Assembly: GCA_951406725.2 (NCBI GenBank)
Contig: OX597815.1
Location: 8,308,001-8,372,000 of the forward strand
DNA length: 64,000 nucleotides
Direction of reading: 5' to 3'
From: Octopus vulgaris
Lineage: Eukaryota
Numbering within the stretch: position 1 is the first letter of the stretch; each line of letters opens with the position of its first letter. The notes beneath the pieces are model-generated. The model searched no databases. It had not been told where the DNA came from and was given only the letters and a program-made list of their open reading frames with translations. The position numbers were made by a program, and so were the translations under genes. Shown here piece by piece: positions 13,800 through 26,914 of the stretch.

Positions 13800-13936
13800 A
13801 ACCCCCTACAGAAGCGAGTTACAGCAATCTACCCACGGTATCATTAGCTGATAAACTGAGATTGGCTGCAAGTAAGGGTCAACTAGATACAGTTGAAGAG
13901 TTGCTTCGAGCAGGGGCCAGTTTTGAAACTGACAAA
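13800..13936 (+). CDS. ANKRD6: ANKRD6/Diversin/Diego-like, first located coding exon (ankyrin repeat 1; start codon upstream, not found)
   Basis: ttacag|...|gtgag; translates PPTEASYSNLPTVSLADKLRLAASKGQLDTVEELLRAGASFETDK, resembling the ANKRD6 N-terminus (LSERLLVAAYKGQ...); ends in phase 0. Confidence 0.8.
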
Positions 13937-14639
13937 GTGAGTATCTACTTTAGATTTGTTTTCCTTCCATTCACTGTTTTTTTTTATCATTTCCAAGGTC
14001 CCTATTATTTATTATAGGATTTTTTTTTGTTTTAAACCCTAGCTATCAGTCCTATCAAGTTAGCAAATTTTAGGTAATTTTAGCTAATCGAAAGTCACAG
14101 ACATATTGGTGTCTGTTTCCATAGTAACAAACCAAGGTATCGTCTGCTTGAGTCACAGAACAGCTTTTGATTACAACAGCTATGTTGGTGAAATATGTGA
14201 GGAGTACCTGTTCTCCAACCCTTCTAGAATTTTTATGGAACAAATGAATAACAAAATCAGATTCAGCATGAAAAATTACATAAATACACCAAATTTGAAA
14301 ATTTTCACTTAATTTTAAAATTTCGAAAACTGTGAGTGAAACAGAAAAGATCCCAACATTCCCCTGAACAGGGCGCCAGTCCATTGCAGGGGCCAAAACC
14401 AGCAATTTTAAGGAAAGGGTACAAAAGTCAATTATATTGACCCAGTACTTGACTGGTACTCTATTTTATCAATCCCTGAAGGGATGAAGAGCAAAGTGGA
14501 ACCTGTAAAGAGCTAGGAGAAATGATGCTAAGCATTGTGTCCAACATGCTTAGCTAAGCATTGTGTCCAACATCCTTCCAGCTTGCTTCTTTGCTATTTT
14601 GATGAGGAGGCATTTATTTTCTGAGGGTCAATTAAATTT

Positions 14640-14850
14640 GAATCAATTTCTTGTCTATGTGTATTGGCTTACCCCAGAGTATGGCTGCTTTGTCCATTCT
14701 TTGAGGCCTTTTCTCATGTTTGTTTATTCCACCTATTTTCTCTTGGCATTTCGCAAACCTTGCATAACTTCCAGAGTATGCAAGTCACAACTCTATCATG
14801 CCTGTATTATTTTCCCGTTTTGGGATGTTGGAAACAATATGACTAATCAT
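14640..14850 (-). mobile_element. Decayed R4/Dong-type LINE fragment
   Basis: SHIVS...YRHDRVVTCILWKLC...ILWGKPIHIDK, the RHD motif region of RLE-type LINEs. Confidence 0.6.
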
Positions 14851-15543
14851 TTGTATTCTCGATCATTATATATTTTGGATGCCTTCTGATGGGCAGGCTT
14901 TGATCCTGTCCTGAAATCAAGATTCCTTATACCTATTTCTTTATTACCCACAAGGAGCTAAACACAGATCGGACAAACAAGGACAGACATAGGTATTAAG
15001 TTGATTACATCGACCCCAGTGCGTAACTGGTACTTAATTTATCGACCCCGAAAGGATGAAAGGCAAAGTTGACCTCGGCGGAATTTGAACTCAGAACATA
15101 ACGCAGACGAAATACCTATTTCTTTAATACCCACTGGGGGCTAAACACAGAGCGGACAAACAAGGACAGACATAGGTATTAAGTGGATTACATCAACCCC
15201 CAGTGCGTAACTGGTACTTAATTTATCGACCCCGAAAGGATGAAAGGCAAAGTTGACCTCGGCGGAATTTGAACTCACAACGTAACGCAGACGAAATACC
15301 GCTTAGCATTTCGCCCGGCGTGCTAACCTTTCTGCCAGCTCGCCGCCTAAGATTCCTTATACCACCATTCCTCCATCTGTCTCTTCCTCTCCTCTCCTGC
15401 CTTCTCATTTCCTTACTGTATCAGTATGTATGTTTAACTGTCTATCCATTCCATTTCTCTATCTCTCTCTCTTCTCTCTCTCTCCCTCCCGCCCTCTTCC
15501 TTTCTCTCCCTCTCCATCACCATGTGTTCCATGATATTTACAG

Positions 15544-15642
15544 GACAGAAGGACAGCCCTCCACTATGCTGCTCTCAATGGTTACCCAGATGTTTGTCGG
15601 TGCCTCATTTCCCATGGAAGTGATATCGACAAACAAGATGCT
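15544..15642 (+). CDS. ANKRD6: ANKRD6-like exon, ankyrin repeat
   Basis: 99 nt, phase 0-0, cag|...|gtaag; DRRTALHYAALNGYPDVCRCLISHGSDIDKQDA. Confidence 0.9.
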
Positions 15643-15904
15643 GTAAGTTGTTTTTTTTTAGTTTACCTGTCTTTGATTACTTCTACTATTTTCCACTCAG
15701 GTGTTTCACTAACTTGACTAATGGCCTGTCAGATGTGTCAGTTTGCTTTCTCGATGAACCTGAAATGTCAACGAGATGAGAGAAATATCAGAAGTAGGGG
15801 CCGACAGCTGATATACGTGGGAGAAATCAATGGTGTTCTTGTTTAGTCTTTGGTCGGCTTTCATCCTACTGACCTACTATCAAAAATGTTTATCATCATC
15901 ATCA

Positions 15905-15948
<44 letters not shown>

Positions 15949-16327
15949 GTCATCGTCGTCATCATCATCATCATTTAATGCCCGTTGTCCATGCTAGCAT
16001 GGGTTGAGCATTTTGGCCAAAGCTGGGGAGCTGCACTAGACTCCAGTCTGTTGTGACATGGTTTCTACAGCTGGATGCCCTTCCCGATGCCAACCACTTC
16101 ACAGAGTGTGTTGGGTGCTTTTACGTGGCACTGCACAGGTGCTTTTACATGGAGCCACATGGACACTTCTGTGTGGCACCACATGGGAGCTTGTACATGG
16201 CACTGCACAGGTGCTTTTACATGGCACTGCATAAGTGCTTTACACCACCAGAAAGGCTGGTCTTAATACTTCTGCTGCAGAGTACTGGTCTCCTTGAGTA
16301 AGAATAATTATTTGCACCCACTGATAC

Positions 16328-16497
16328 AGGCGCAGGAGTGGCTGTGTGGTAAGTAGCTTGCTAACCAACCACATGGTTCCGGGTTCAGTCCCACTGCGTG
16401 GCATCTTGGGCAAGTGTCTTCTGCTATAGCCCCGGGCCGACCAATGCCTTGTGAGTGGATTTGGTAGACGGAAACTGAAAGAAGCCTGTCGTATATA

Positions 16498-16551
<54 letters not shown>

Positions 16552-16760
16552 TCCCCCTAGCATTGCTTGACAACCAATGCTGGTATGCTTACGTCCCCGT
16601 CACTTAGCGGTTCGGCAAAAGAGACCGATAGAATAAGTATTGGGCTTACAAAGAATAAGTCCCATGGTCGAATTTGCTCGACTAAAAGGCAGTGCCCCAG
16701 CATGGCCGCAGTCAAATGACTGAAACAAGTAAAAGAGTAAAAGAGTAAAAAGAGAGAGAG
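16328..16760 (+). mobile_element. tRNA-derived SINE family B with central microsatellite (representative copy)
   Basis: tggctgtgtgg A box, gggttcagtccc B box, (gtaaaaga)n tail; other copies at ~10546(-), 19645(-), 25242(+), 32185(+), 50118(-), 52802(-), 58365(-). Confidence 0.85.
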
Positions 16761-17038
16761 TAAACCATTTTTGGCTTGGTTTCTATGACTGGATACTACT
16801 AACACCAACCACTTTACAGTATATACTGCGTGCATTTTATCATGGAACCAGCATTAGCGGGGTTGTCATGTGCTCAATAAATGTAAAGGGTCCTCTTGAC
16901 TTAACACCTCCAATCATTCTCCAGCCACTGTATGTATGTTGTGTCCTGGGTGGATTATATAGTGGTACCAATGCTAAGGGACTGCTTTGTACCCTGTAAA
17001 GTTATTGGAGTGAGAAGGTTGTAGAGTGGTGAGAGGCT

Positions 17039-17041
17039 AAT

Positions 17042-17082
<41 letters not shown>

Positions 17083-17084
17083 TG

Positions 17085-17155
<71 letters not shown>

Positions 17156-17250
17156 TAATAATTAATAATAATAATAATAAATAATAATAATAATAATAAT
17201 AATAATTAATAACAATAACAACATAACAATAACAATAACAATAACAATAG
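17039..17250. repeat. (AAT)n/(AAC)n microsatellite
   Basis: direct inspection; similar arrays at 59308-59385 and 60713-60970. Confidence 0.95.
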
Positions 17251-17253
17251 ATA

Positions 17254-17637
17254 CTTACTTACTTGTACTTGTGGTGACATTCACCCTGGGTGGGTTGAGT
17301 CGGCTTCTTCTACTCATGGAAGAAGTTTCATGGGAATATGTGGATTTCACAAGCGGTCCCCAACAATCCCGCATGTGGAGACATCCTGTTTGCCGCAGAT
17401 TGTTCGCAAACGCAGGGACAGAACGACCGAGGAGCCGCCAGTTGCCGAAGCAGACACTCCGAGGATTTTCACCAGAGCCCCGTCTGCCGGGTTGTGGCCC
17501 TAATACCACTTGGTGTCAGACCAATCCACCTTGGGTGGCCCTACCAGGAACCGAAGTTCCCAACAGCATAGTTCTGACACTACTTGTTGCCAGCGTCCCC
17601 ATCATGGTGAGGAAGGGATGGACTTCGGGGACGCAAT
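17254..17637 (-). mobile_element. Bipartite non-autonomous RTE-derived retroelement
   Basis: 5' part contains tagggccacccaagg (RTE/BovB-type 5' UTR motif); 3' end matches the tail of the RTE fragment at 54973-55240. Confidence 0.55.
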
Positions 17638-18151
17638 AATAATAATAGATATAGAGTGATGGTCAAAGTGAATGATGGATTTCAATGACAAGTGGCTTGC
17701 AGGGTTGGGGAGAAGGACGTGTCGAAGGAGTAATGTTAAAATGTATTGGGTGCATGCAGATCTGATGTGATTGCTTATACGTATGCCATATGATTGGCAA
17801 GGAAGGTAAGGTGATAAGGATATGAGAGGAGGATGTGTTGTTAAGTGCTGGAGAGAGGGAAAAGTCAGATAGGTCTAGTGACATCCCTGGTTACATCCCT
17901 AGTTACAGTGGAAGCATGGTATGAGAGAGATCTATTGCCGTCCTTAATCATATTGACACCATTGAACAATGAGAGTGATAGAGAGATGAGTGATAAAGAG
18001 ATGAGTAATAGAGAGATGAATGATAGAGGGATGAGTGACAAGTGTTGCAGAGATGAGTGATAGAGGGATGAGTAACAAGCATGTTAAATGGAAGGGAATT
18101 AAAGAGCAGAAGATTTAGATTTGGCAGTGTTTGTGCATGGGTGAAAGAAGG

Positions 18152-18210
<59 letters not shown>

Positions 18211-18227
18211 TCTTCACACACACATAC

Positions 18228-18294
<67 letters not shown>

Positions 18295-18586
18295 GAGGTG
18301 CAATGGCCCAGCGGTTAGAGCAGCGGACTCGCGGTTGTAGGATCACAGTTTCAATTCCCAGACCGGGCGTTGTGAGTGTTTATTGAGCGAAAACACCTAA
18401 AGCCCCACGAGGCTCCAGCAGGGGGTGGTGGCGATCCCTGCTGTACTCTTTCGTCCCAACTTTCTCTCACTCATCTGTTGGCCTGCTCGCTTAGCCAGTG
18501 GGGTGGCGTTATTTGAAGGCTAAAACAATGCAAAGTGCATTGTGACCAGCGATGTGTAGCACCATCTGATAGCCTGGTCGGTCACG

Positions 18587-18655
<69 letters not shown>

Positions 18656-18702
18656 CTAATGATTCCTCATCAGTTTTTTCTATTTCATCTTATTTTCTTC
18701 AG

Positions 18703-18801
18703 ATTGGTTTCACAGCTCTTCATCGAGCCTGCTCCCAGGGCCACACTGCAGTATGTAAAGTATTACTGGAGGAAGGATGCGCAAAGGACCTGCAAGATGA
18801 G
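18703..18801 (+). CDS. ANKRD6: ANKRD6-like exon, ankyrin repeat
   Basis: 99 nt, ttcag|...|gtaag; IGFTALHRACSQGHTAVCKVLLEEGCAKDLQDE. Confidence 0.92.
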
Positions 18802-21435
18802 GTAAGCACATCTTACTACTTATAATTGTTGTGGTTTAAGCCTGTTCAGCCCTAATCTATTTCTTTATTGTCCACAAGGGGCTAAACACAGAGGGGACAA
18901 ACAAGGACAGAGAAACGGATTAAGTCGATTACATCGACCCCAGTGCATAACTGGTATTTAATTTATCTACCCCAAAAGGATGAAAGGCAAAGTCGACCTC
19001 GGCGGAATTTGAACTCAGAACGTAATGGCAAACGAAATACGGCTACGCATTTCGCCTGGCGCGCTAACGTTTCTGCCAGCTCGCCCTAATCAAGCAAACT
19101 TGGGGTTAGATGCGTTTCAGTCGTGACCATCATATCTTTTATTTCAGATATTATTTATCTTGAACTAAATTTTCCAATGTGACCTTTACTTTTCTAAGTT
19201 GGAAGGATGTATGTTGAGGAAGATTTGGCTGGTATTTCCTGGAGGGTGAGCAACCACAGAGAATGTTCTTCATTGGCTTGAGTTCTGTTGTGTACTCTGG
19301 CGAGTCTACAAATCTTCATCTGAATTGATAAAATGGGTACCAGTAATATATGAGGGTCAATCGAATGAGGATTACTTGCCCAATAAATAAATCTATGTCG
19401 TCGAGTAAATGGTGATAGATTGAGACAGTTCATATAAGACCTTTTCTATTAAAGTAATTCTGAAGTCTTATAGTTAAAGTAAGGTCCTGGATTGGGAATG
19501 TGGCACAGCTAATTACAAAGACTCAGTCTTCAGCAACATACCAAAGCTAACATTCAGTACTGAGTATTGAGTAGTGAGAACAGAGACAAACTCCTCAGCA
19601 TGCTGAGTCTATAAGTCAGCGTGTTTTACTGCTGTAGGCAGTTCCTTTTTACTCTTTTTTACTCTTTTACTTGTTTCAGTCATTTGACTGTGGCCATGCT
19701 GGAGCACCACCTTTAGTCGAGCAAATCGACCCTGGGACTTATTCCTTTTTTGTAAGCCCAGTACTTATTCTATCGGTCTCTTTTGCAGAACCGCTAAGTG
19801 ACAGGGACGTAAACACACCAGCATTAGTTGTCAAGCAATGCTAGGGGGACAAACACAGACACACAAGCACACACACACACACACACACACTTATATATAT
19901 ATATATACATATATGCGACAGGCTTCTTTCAGTTTCCGTCTACCAAATCCACTCACAAGGCATTGGTCGGCCTGGGGCTATAGCAGAAGACACTTGCCCA
20001 AGATGCCACGCAGTGGGACTGAACCCGGAACCATGTGGTTGGTTAGCAAGCTACTTACCACACAGCCACTCCTTTACATTTTTAATACCATTGAATAAAG
20101 AATGAACATTTCACAATTTCCATTTTAGATTTAGTGTTGTCTTTACTGTCTGCTATACAATGCCTATGTGTAGACTGAGCTTGTGAATCTGAAGAAAGCC
20201 ATCAATGAATATCACATTTTTCTTTCTTTGTAAAATCTCTTCTAAAAGTTTGAGTCATTGTGAGTGAGAAAAAAGTGTAGAATACTGGACGAAATGTCAT
20301 TTATCATCTGTCATCGTTTATACTCCGCTTTCCATGTTTAGCATGGGTTCAGACTGAGGTCTGGCAAACCAGATGGCTGCAAGACTCCAATCTGATCTTT
20401 CATTCTCCTATTCAACTGTACTCTGTAACCTAACGTGTGTTTCATAGAGAGATAACCTGGTGGTGTCCCTCAATGCCAAGTGTGGCTGGCCTTTGACTTC
20501 TCTGTGAGAAAACTCTTCTGACTCTTGACAGGTTTTATGTGTAATTCTCACTAAGAAAAGTAAGTGGAGGTACCATCTTAGTCATTGACCACCTGGAAGC
20601 AATAGAATAATACCTATTTCTTTACTGCCCACAGGAGGCTACACACAGAGGGGACAAACAAGGACAGACAAACGGATTAAGTTGATTATATCGACCCCAG
20701 TGCGTAACTGGTACTTATTTAATCGAAAGGATGAAAGGCAAAGTTGACCTCGGCGAAATTTGAACTCAGAACCTAACGGCAGACAAAATACTGCTAAGCA
20801 TTTTGCCCAGCGTGCTAACGATTCTGCCAGCTCGCTGCCTTCGCAATGGAATAATACCAGTGGCACACTGGCTACCAAATCTATTCTCTAGACTCCCTCA
20901 TCCTGGCAACATTTGAAATTATGTTTAACCAATTTTATCCACTTATACAACAGTCAATGTTTAGTCAAACAAAGTGAATATTGTTCTGCTATTAAGCTGA
21001 CCCTTTCAGAAGCTCTCAGTCATGACAAAACATGTTTAAAAGAAGAAAGAAAATTTAATCAAATAAATGCATCATCATCATCATCATCGTTTAACGTCCG
21101 CTTTCTATGCTAGCATGGGTTGGACAATTTGACTGAGGGATGGCGAACCAGATGTCTGCACCAGGCTCCAATCTTGATCTGGCAGAGTTTCTACAGCTGG
21201 ATGCCCTTCCTAACGCCAACCACTCCAAGAGTGCAGTGGGTGCTTTTACGTGCCATCGGCACGAGGGCCAGTTTGGTGGTACTGGCAACAAAAATAACAT
21301 TTTTATATTAATAACTTCAATAATAGAAAAAACAAAACAAAACAAAGAAAGTCATTTCTATCAAGAAGATTGTCTTCCTTCCTCTGAAAATGAAATGAAC
21401 AACCATCTGTTATTACGTTTCTGTTTATTTTGCAG

Positions 21436-21534
21436 CATGGTAACACGGCACTGCATGAAGCTTCCTGGAATGGCTATAGTAAAACTTTAGACATTTTAGT
21501 GAAGAACAACTGTAAGGTTTCGCTTCAGAATAAG
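21436..21534 (+). CDS. ANKRD6: ANKRD6-like exon, ankyrin repeat
   Basis: 99 nt, tgcag|...|gtcag; HGNTALHEASWNGYSKTLDILVKNNCKVSLQNK (ANKRD6 has GNTALHEASWHG). Confidence 0.92.
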
Positions 21535-21967
21535 GTCAGTTAAAAGTCATTTCTTACGGTGATTACAATTCAGTCAAATATCTGACTATTTTGGTAGATG
21601 TTAAAGTAGTGCATGGTAGAAATGGTAGAAATGGTAGAATGCTGGACTAAATATGATACAGTAACTAGTTACATGATTCTATGTTCTCAGTTGAAATTTC
21701 AAATCAGTTGTATTGCCCTAAGCTTATATTTGAAACCAACATTTTGATATATGTTAAAGAATCTGTACACCCTCGTTTACCACCTGATATGTATGCCTGG
21801 AGCCATACTCAGGTGAGTTTTAGTCTGTGTGTTAATGGACAGATGTTGAAATTTGTCAAGTCTGGTGACATGCGGAAAAGGGATGCAAGCTCGGCTGAAA
21901 ATATCAAATCAACAATAAGTAATAACACAAGTCAGATTACAAACAATTTCAAAGAGTGCATATAACT

Positions 21968-22430
21968 CGAACGCCTTACTTCCCTGGGCCTGGACACATT
22001 GAAACTCCGACGTCTGGCAGCTGACTTGGCAGACACCCATAAAATTATTAACCATCTTACAAACAATAACTCTGAGGACCTTTTCAAACTCCACCTGTCT
22101 AACACCTGTGGACATGTTTACAAAGTCAGAAAACAGCACAGCTCCCATGGCTTTCGGAAACATTTTTTCATGCTAAGAGTTGCGGAAGCATGGAACAAAC
22201 TGCCGGCATCAGTTGTTAGTTGTCGGATCACTGCATCCTTCAAAACTTCCATGCTTCCTGAGATTCGCCAACACTACACCTGATCTTCTCCCCTCCATAC
22301 ACACGCAAGCATGTATCTGACTCATACACTGTTCACTTCCCAGACATTTGTACATTACTGCATATGTTTTATACGCACTTTTGACAAGTTGTGGTGCACC
22401 TGAGCACTGTATGCAATAATTTCATTATTA
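21968..22430 (+). mobile_element. CR1-clade LINE 3' fragment
   Basis: LKLRRLAADL...TCGH...RVAEAWNKLP. Confidence 0.85.
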
Positions 22431-22599
22431 ATAAAGTTTTGGGATTCACTTGCCCTCCAAGACTGGTGAAACTGATGTAGATGAGTTTTTTTTTTTCCCT
22501 CAATCAGTTCTAAATTATGCTGTTAGGTGACTGGCATGCCAAAGAATAGACCCAACATTTCCTCTGCATATCATAAAAGGTGACTAGAAGAGGTTGAAG

Positions 22600-23150
22600 T
22601 AATAATAATGAAATTATTGTATATGGTGCTCAGGTGCACCACAACTTGTCAAAAGTGCATATAAAGCATATGCAGTAATGTACAAATGTCTGGGAAGTGA
22701 ACAGTGTATGAGTCAGATACATGCTTGCATGTGTATGGAGGGGAGAAAATCAGGTGTAGTGTTGGCGACTCTCAGGAAGCATGGAAGTTTTGAAGGATGC
22801 AGTGCTCCGACAACTAACAACTGATGCCGGCAGTTTGTTCCATGCTTCAGCAACTCTTAGCATGAAAAAATGTTTCCGAAAGTCATGGAAGGAGCTGTGC
22901 TGTTTTCTGACTTCGTAAACATGTCCACGGGTGTTGTTAGACAGGTGGAGTTTGAAAAGGTGCTCAGAGTTATTGTTTGCAAGATGGTTAATAATTTTAT
23001 GGGTGTCTGCCAAATCAGCTGCCAGACGTCAGAGTTTCAATGTGTCCATGCCCAGGGAAGTACGGCATTCAGAATATGGCAAATACCTGATGGAGGGTAT
23101 TCTCTTGGTTGCACATCGCTGAACGGCTTCCAGACGATTAATATCCTGGG
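22600..23150 (-). mobile_element. CR1-clade LINE 3' fragment, inverted relative to 21968-22430
   Basis: same ORF2 C-terminus and 3' UTR on the minus strand. Confidence 0.85.
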
Positions 23151-23990
23151 TTTGCACTCTGACCCAAAACCCTCACCAGCAACTGCTACCCAAAACAGAA
23201 CGAGGGTTGTCATCTGAGTGGTGCAAAGGTGCCATCTGCTCTGAGTAGGGAATCCCCAACAAAGTGTAAATGCAGCGACATGCTGTTATAGTGCATGGCC
23301 CTGTACTTCTCCTCCTCTTTTTACTACTGTTGCTACTGCTACTACTAAGAAGTTGAAAAGCACAAGTGCAAGGAAGGAATCCTTGAGAGATGATATTCTG
23401 TGGGAGGAAGGATTGTACATATTAATTAGTGCAGTGCCTTGGGAGTGGTAAATACAGTGTAAGTGATGAGGAAAGAGACAAGAGATGAGTGAGGGTGGTC
23501 TGTAGAGGCACATGGCCTAGTGGTTAGAGCAGCTGACTCGCGATCGAGGGATTGCGGGTTCAGATCTCAAACCGGGTGATGTGTGTGTTTATGAGTGAAA
23601 CACCTAAGCTCCACGCGGCTCCGGCAGAAGGTAATGGCGAACTTCTGCTGACTCTTTCGCCACAAATTTCTCTCACTCTTTCCTCCTGCATCTTGCAGCT
23701 CACCTGCGACGGACCGGCGTCCCGTCCAGGTGGGGAACCTATATGGCAAGGAAACCGGGAAACTGGCCCTTATGAGCCAGGCATGGCTCGAGAAAGAACA
23801 AAGAAAAAAGAGGGTAGTCTGAAGAGCAGAGGCCACTGAAGCAATGATTTAATATCTGTCTGGTTTGGGAATGAATAATGGAATAGTTAACAACTTATAT
23901 TCTTTTCAGTTATTGTACTGTGGCCATACTGGGGCACTACCTTATTACTTATAATATCTGAAGTTTGGATGATATATATTTTTTTTCCAG

Positions 23991-24089
23991 AGTGGTTTTA
24001 CTCCATTGCACCTTGCTGCACAAAATGGTCATAATGAAAGTTCTAGAATTTTGATCTACTCTGGCTGTAGTACAGATATAAAGAACAAT
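23991..24089 (+). CDS. ANKRD6: ANKRD6-like exon, ankyrin repeat
   Basis: 99 nt, tccag|...|gtaag; SGFTPLHLAAQNGHNESSRILIYSGCSTDIKNN. Confidence 0.92.
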
Positions 24090-24129
24090 GTAAGTATTAT
24101 TGTTGTATACCTGTATAGATTTCTTATAT

Positions 24130-24530
24130 TCGCCCCGTGCTAGTAGGGTGCCAAGAGCACCATCCGAGCGTGATCGTTGCCAGAGCGGCTAACTGGCTTA
24201 CATGCCGTGGCACGTAAAAGGGCACCATTCGAGCATGATCATTACCAATGTCGCCTTACTGGCACCTGTGCCGTTGGCATGTGTAAAAAGATTCGAGCGA
24301 GGTCGTTGCCAGTACTGCCTGACTGGCCCCATGCTGGTGGCACGTAAAAGTACCCACTACACTCTCAGAGTGGCTGGTGTTAGGAAGGGCATCAAGCTGT
24401 AGAAACTCTGCCAGATCAAGACTGGAGCTTGGTGCAGCCATCTGGTTTGCCTGCCCTCAGTCAAAATCGTCCAACCCATGCTAGCATGGAAAGCGGATGT
24501 TAAACGATGATGATGATGATGATGATGATG
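24130..24530 (+). mobile_element. SINE-like family C with (GAT)n tail (representative copy)
   Basis: ttaggaagggcatc core and gttaaacgatgatg tail; other copies at ~15960, 21071, 27978, 33845, 42028, 44840, 45728, 48630, 49209, 53815, 55770, 57455. Confidence 0.8.
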
Positions 24531-25725
24531 ATTCCAAGAAATCAACTCCTGCTTATTTAAAGATGAATTGGAGAGAAGAAGTATATCTGAGGAATGTCCT
24601 TTCACTCATTTGTTTAATTAAACCTAATTATAATCAGTTACTGACACTACCACAAGGTTCATAACTCCAATGTTTCCGCAAGATTGCAGTACTTCTTTCC
24701 TTACGCTTCATTATTGTTACCTCCTCATTCTATCCATTTTTCATCTTTGCTGTGATACTTGCTGTCTCAATATTTAGGACTTGCAGCAGAGAGCTGGCAG
24801 ACACGTTAGCATGCTGGGCGAAATGCTTTGCGGTATTTTGTCCGCTGCTGCATTCTGAGGTTGAATTCCACCGAGGTCAACTTTGCCTTTCATCCTTTCG
24901 GGGTCGATTAGATAAGTACCAGTTACGCACTGGTGTCGATATAATTGACTTAACCCATTTGTCTGCCCTTGTTTGTCCTCTCTGTGTTTAACCCCTTGTG
25001 GGTAGTAAAGAAATAAGTATTTCGACTGCCGCTACGTTCTGAGTTCAAATTCTGCCGAGGTCAACTTTGCCTTTCATCCTTTCGGGGTCGATAAATCAAG
25101 TGCCAGTTGCATACTGGGTACAATCTAATCGACTGGTCCCCTCTCCAAAAATTTTGGGCCTTGTGCCTAAAGCAGAAAAGAATATTTAGGACCTAAAATA
25201 TCTGTTTTATAAATAAGCACAAATTATATGTAATATATGTAAGTGTCTTCTGCTATAGCCCCGGGCCGACCAATGCCTTGTGAGTGGATTTGGTAGACGG
25301 AAACTGAAAGAAGCCTGTCGTATATATGTATATATATATATGTATGTGTGTATATATGTTTGTGTGTCTGTATTTGTCCCATCCAACATCGCTTGACAAC
25401 CGATGCTGGTGTGTTTACGTCCCCGTCACTTAGCGGTTCGGCAAAAGAGACCAATAGAATAAGTACTGGGCTTACAAAGAATAAGTCCCGGGGTCGATTT
25501 GCTCGATTAAAGGCAGTGCTCCAGCATGGTCGCAGTCAAATGACTGAAACAAGTAAAAGAGTAAAAGAGTATTACAGAAATGTATTGTGTATGTGTGTGT
25601 GTGTGTGTCTGTGTGTGTGTGTGTGTGAGTGAGTGAGTATGTGCGTGTGCGTACATGTGTGTGTTCATGCATGCGTGAGGGTATTCTTACTTTAAATCCT
25701 TTAAATTCTCCACATATTTTTCCAG

Positions 25726-25824
25726 TATGGTGACACATCCTTGCATACAGCAGCTCGTTATGGCCATGCAGGTGTTGCACGTATCTTAATTAGTGCCAGG
25801 TGTTCACTGAATGAAGAGAACAAG
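25726..25824 (+). CDS. ANKRD6: ANKRD6-like exon, ankyrin repeat
   Basis: 99 nt, tccag|...|gtaag; YGDTSLHTAARYGHAGVARILISARCSLNEENK. Confidence 0.92.
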
Positions 25825-26187
25825 GTAAGAAATTTCATTTATATGTGTGGTGTATTGTTGCTGGCGTCATTTAATCCTGTCGTCCTTTAATCCAGCAAAC
25901 CCTATGACCAACCCCACAAACCCTTATTAACTATCACCCTGAGGTTCTCACATCCAACGTCTTCAAAGTAGACAGTCATAACAACAACCTTAAATCTTTC
26001 TAATTCTTTAACAACTCTCAGCAGATGTGGGTTGACAGATTCTGGAATTCTACATCTACTGCAGACCTACTTCCCTCTGTTTGTCACCAGTACCCATTCA
26101 CTCTTGAGAAATTACTGCATGTGCTTTATACGCACTTTCTGACAAGTTGCGGTGCACCTGAGCACTGTATACAATAATTTCATTATT

Positions 26188-26759
26188 GAGGCCGAGGGTG
26201 TCTTGGCATCACTCAGCAAGACTTTTGTTAGCCGCTCTCCAGCCATCTATTTAAAACTGTATACAGCTATGGTACGACCACACTTGGAATTCGCATCATC
26301 AGTTTGGAACCCCTATCTTGCTCAGAACATTGACCTCCTGGAATCTGTCCAGAGACGTGCAACCAAACGCATACCCTCCATCAGACACCTACCATATTCT
26401 GAGCGCCTTGTTTCCCTGGGCATGGATTCACTGAAGCTCCGGCGTCTGGCGACGGACTTGGTAAACACCCACAAAGTTGTCAACCACCTCACCAACAACA
26501 ACACTGAACACCTTTTTGATCTCTAACACACGTGGACATGCCTACAAAGTCAGAAAACAGCACAGCTCCCATGACTTTCGGAAACATTTCGTCACACTCA
26601 GAGTTGCTGAAGCATGGAATAAACTGCCTGCATCAGTTGTTGACTGCCATGACATTGCATCCTTTAAGGCCCTCATGCTTTCCGAAATCCGTCGAAACTA
26701 CACCTGATTATATATGCACTTTAGATGAGTTGTAGTGCACCTGAGCACTGTACACAATG

Positions 26760-26765
<6 letters not shown>
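26188..26765 (+). mobile_element. CR1-clade LINE 3' fragment, second subfamily
   Basis: LYTAMVRPHLEFASSVWNPY...ESVQRRATKRIP...YSERL; further CR1 pieces at 31398-31775(+) and 35666-35858(-). Confidence 0.85.
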
Positions 26766-26818
<53 letters not shown>

Positions 26819-26868
26819 AATTAAATTACAATTAGTTTACAACTCGATTTTTGTAGGTAAAGTGATAG

Positions 26869-26914
26869 CTATGGACACGTTTTGGTCTTATTAAATCTCA
26901 TCAGCATGGCATAG
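26869..26914 (-). ncRNA. Decayed hammerhead ribozyme motif
   Basis: minus strand: ctatgccatg-CTGATGA-gatt-taataa-gacc-AAAA-cgtg-TC-catag (G12>A, stem II mutated). Confidence 0.45.
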
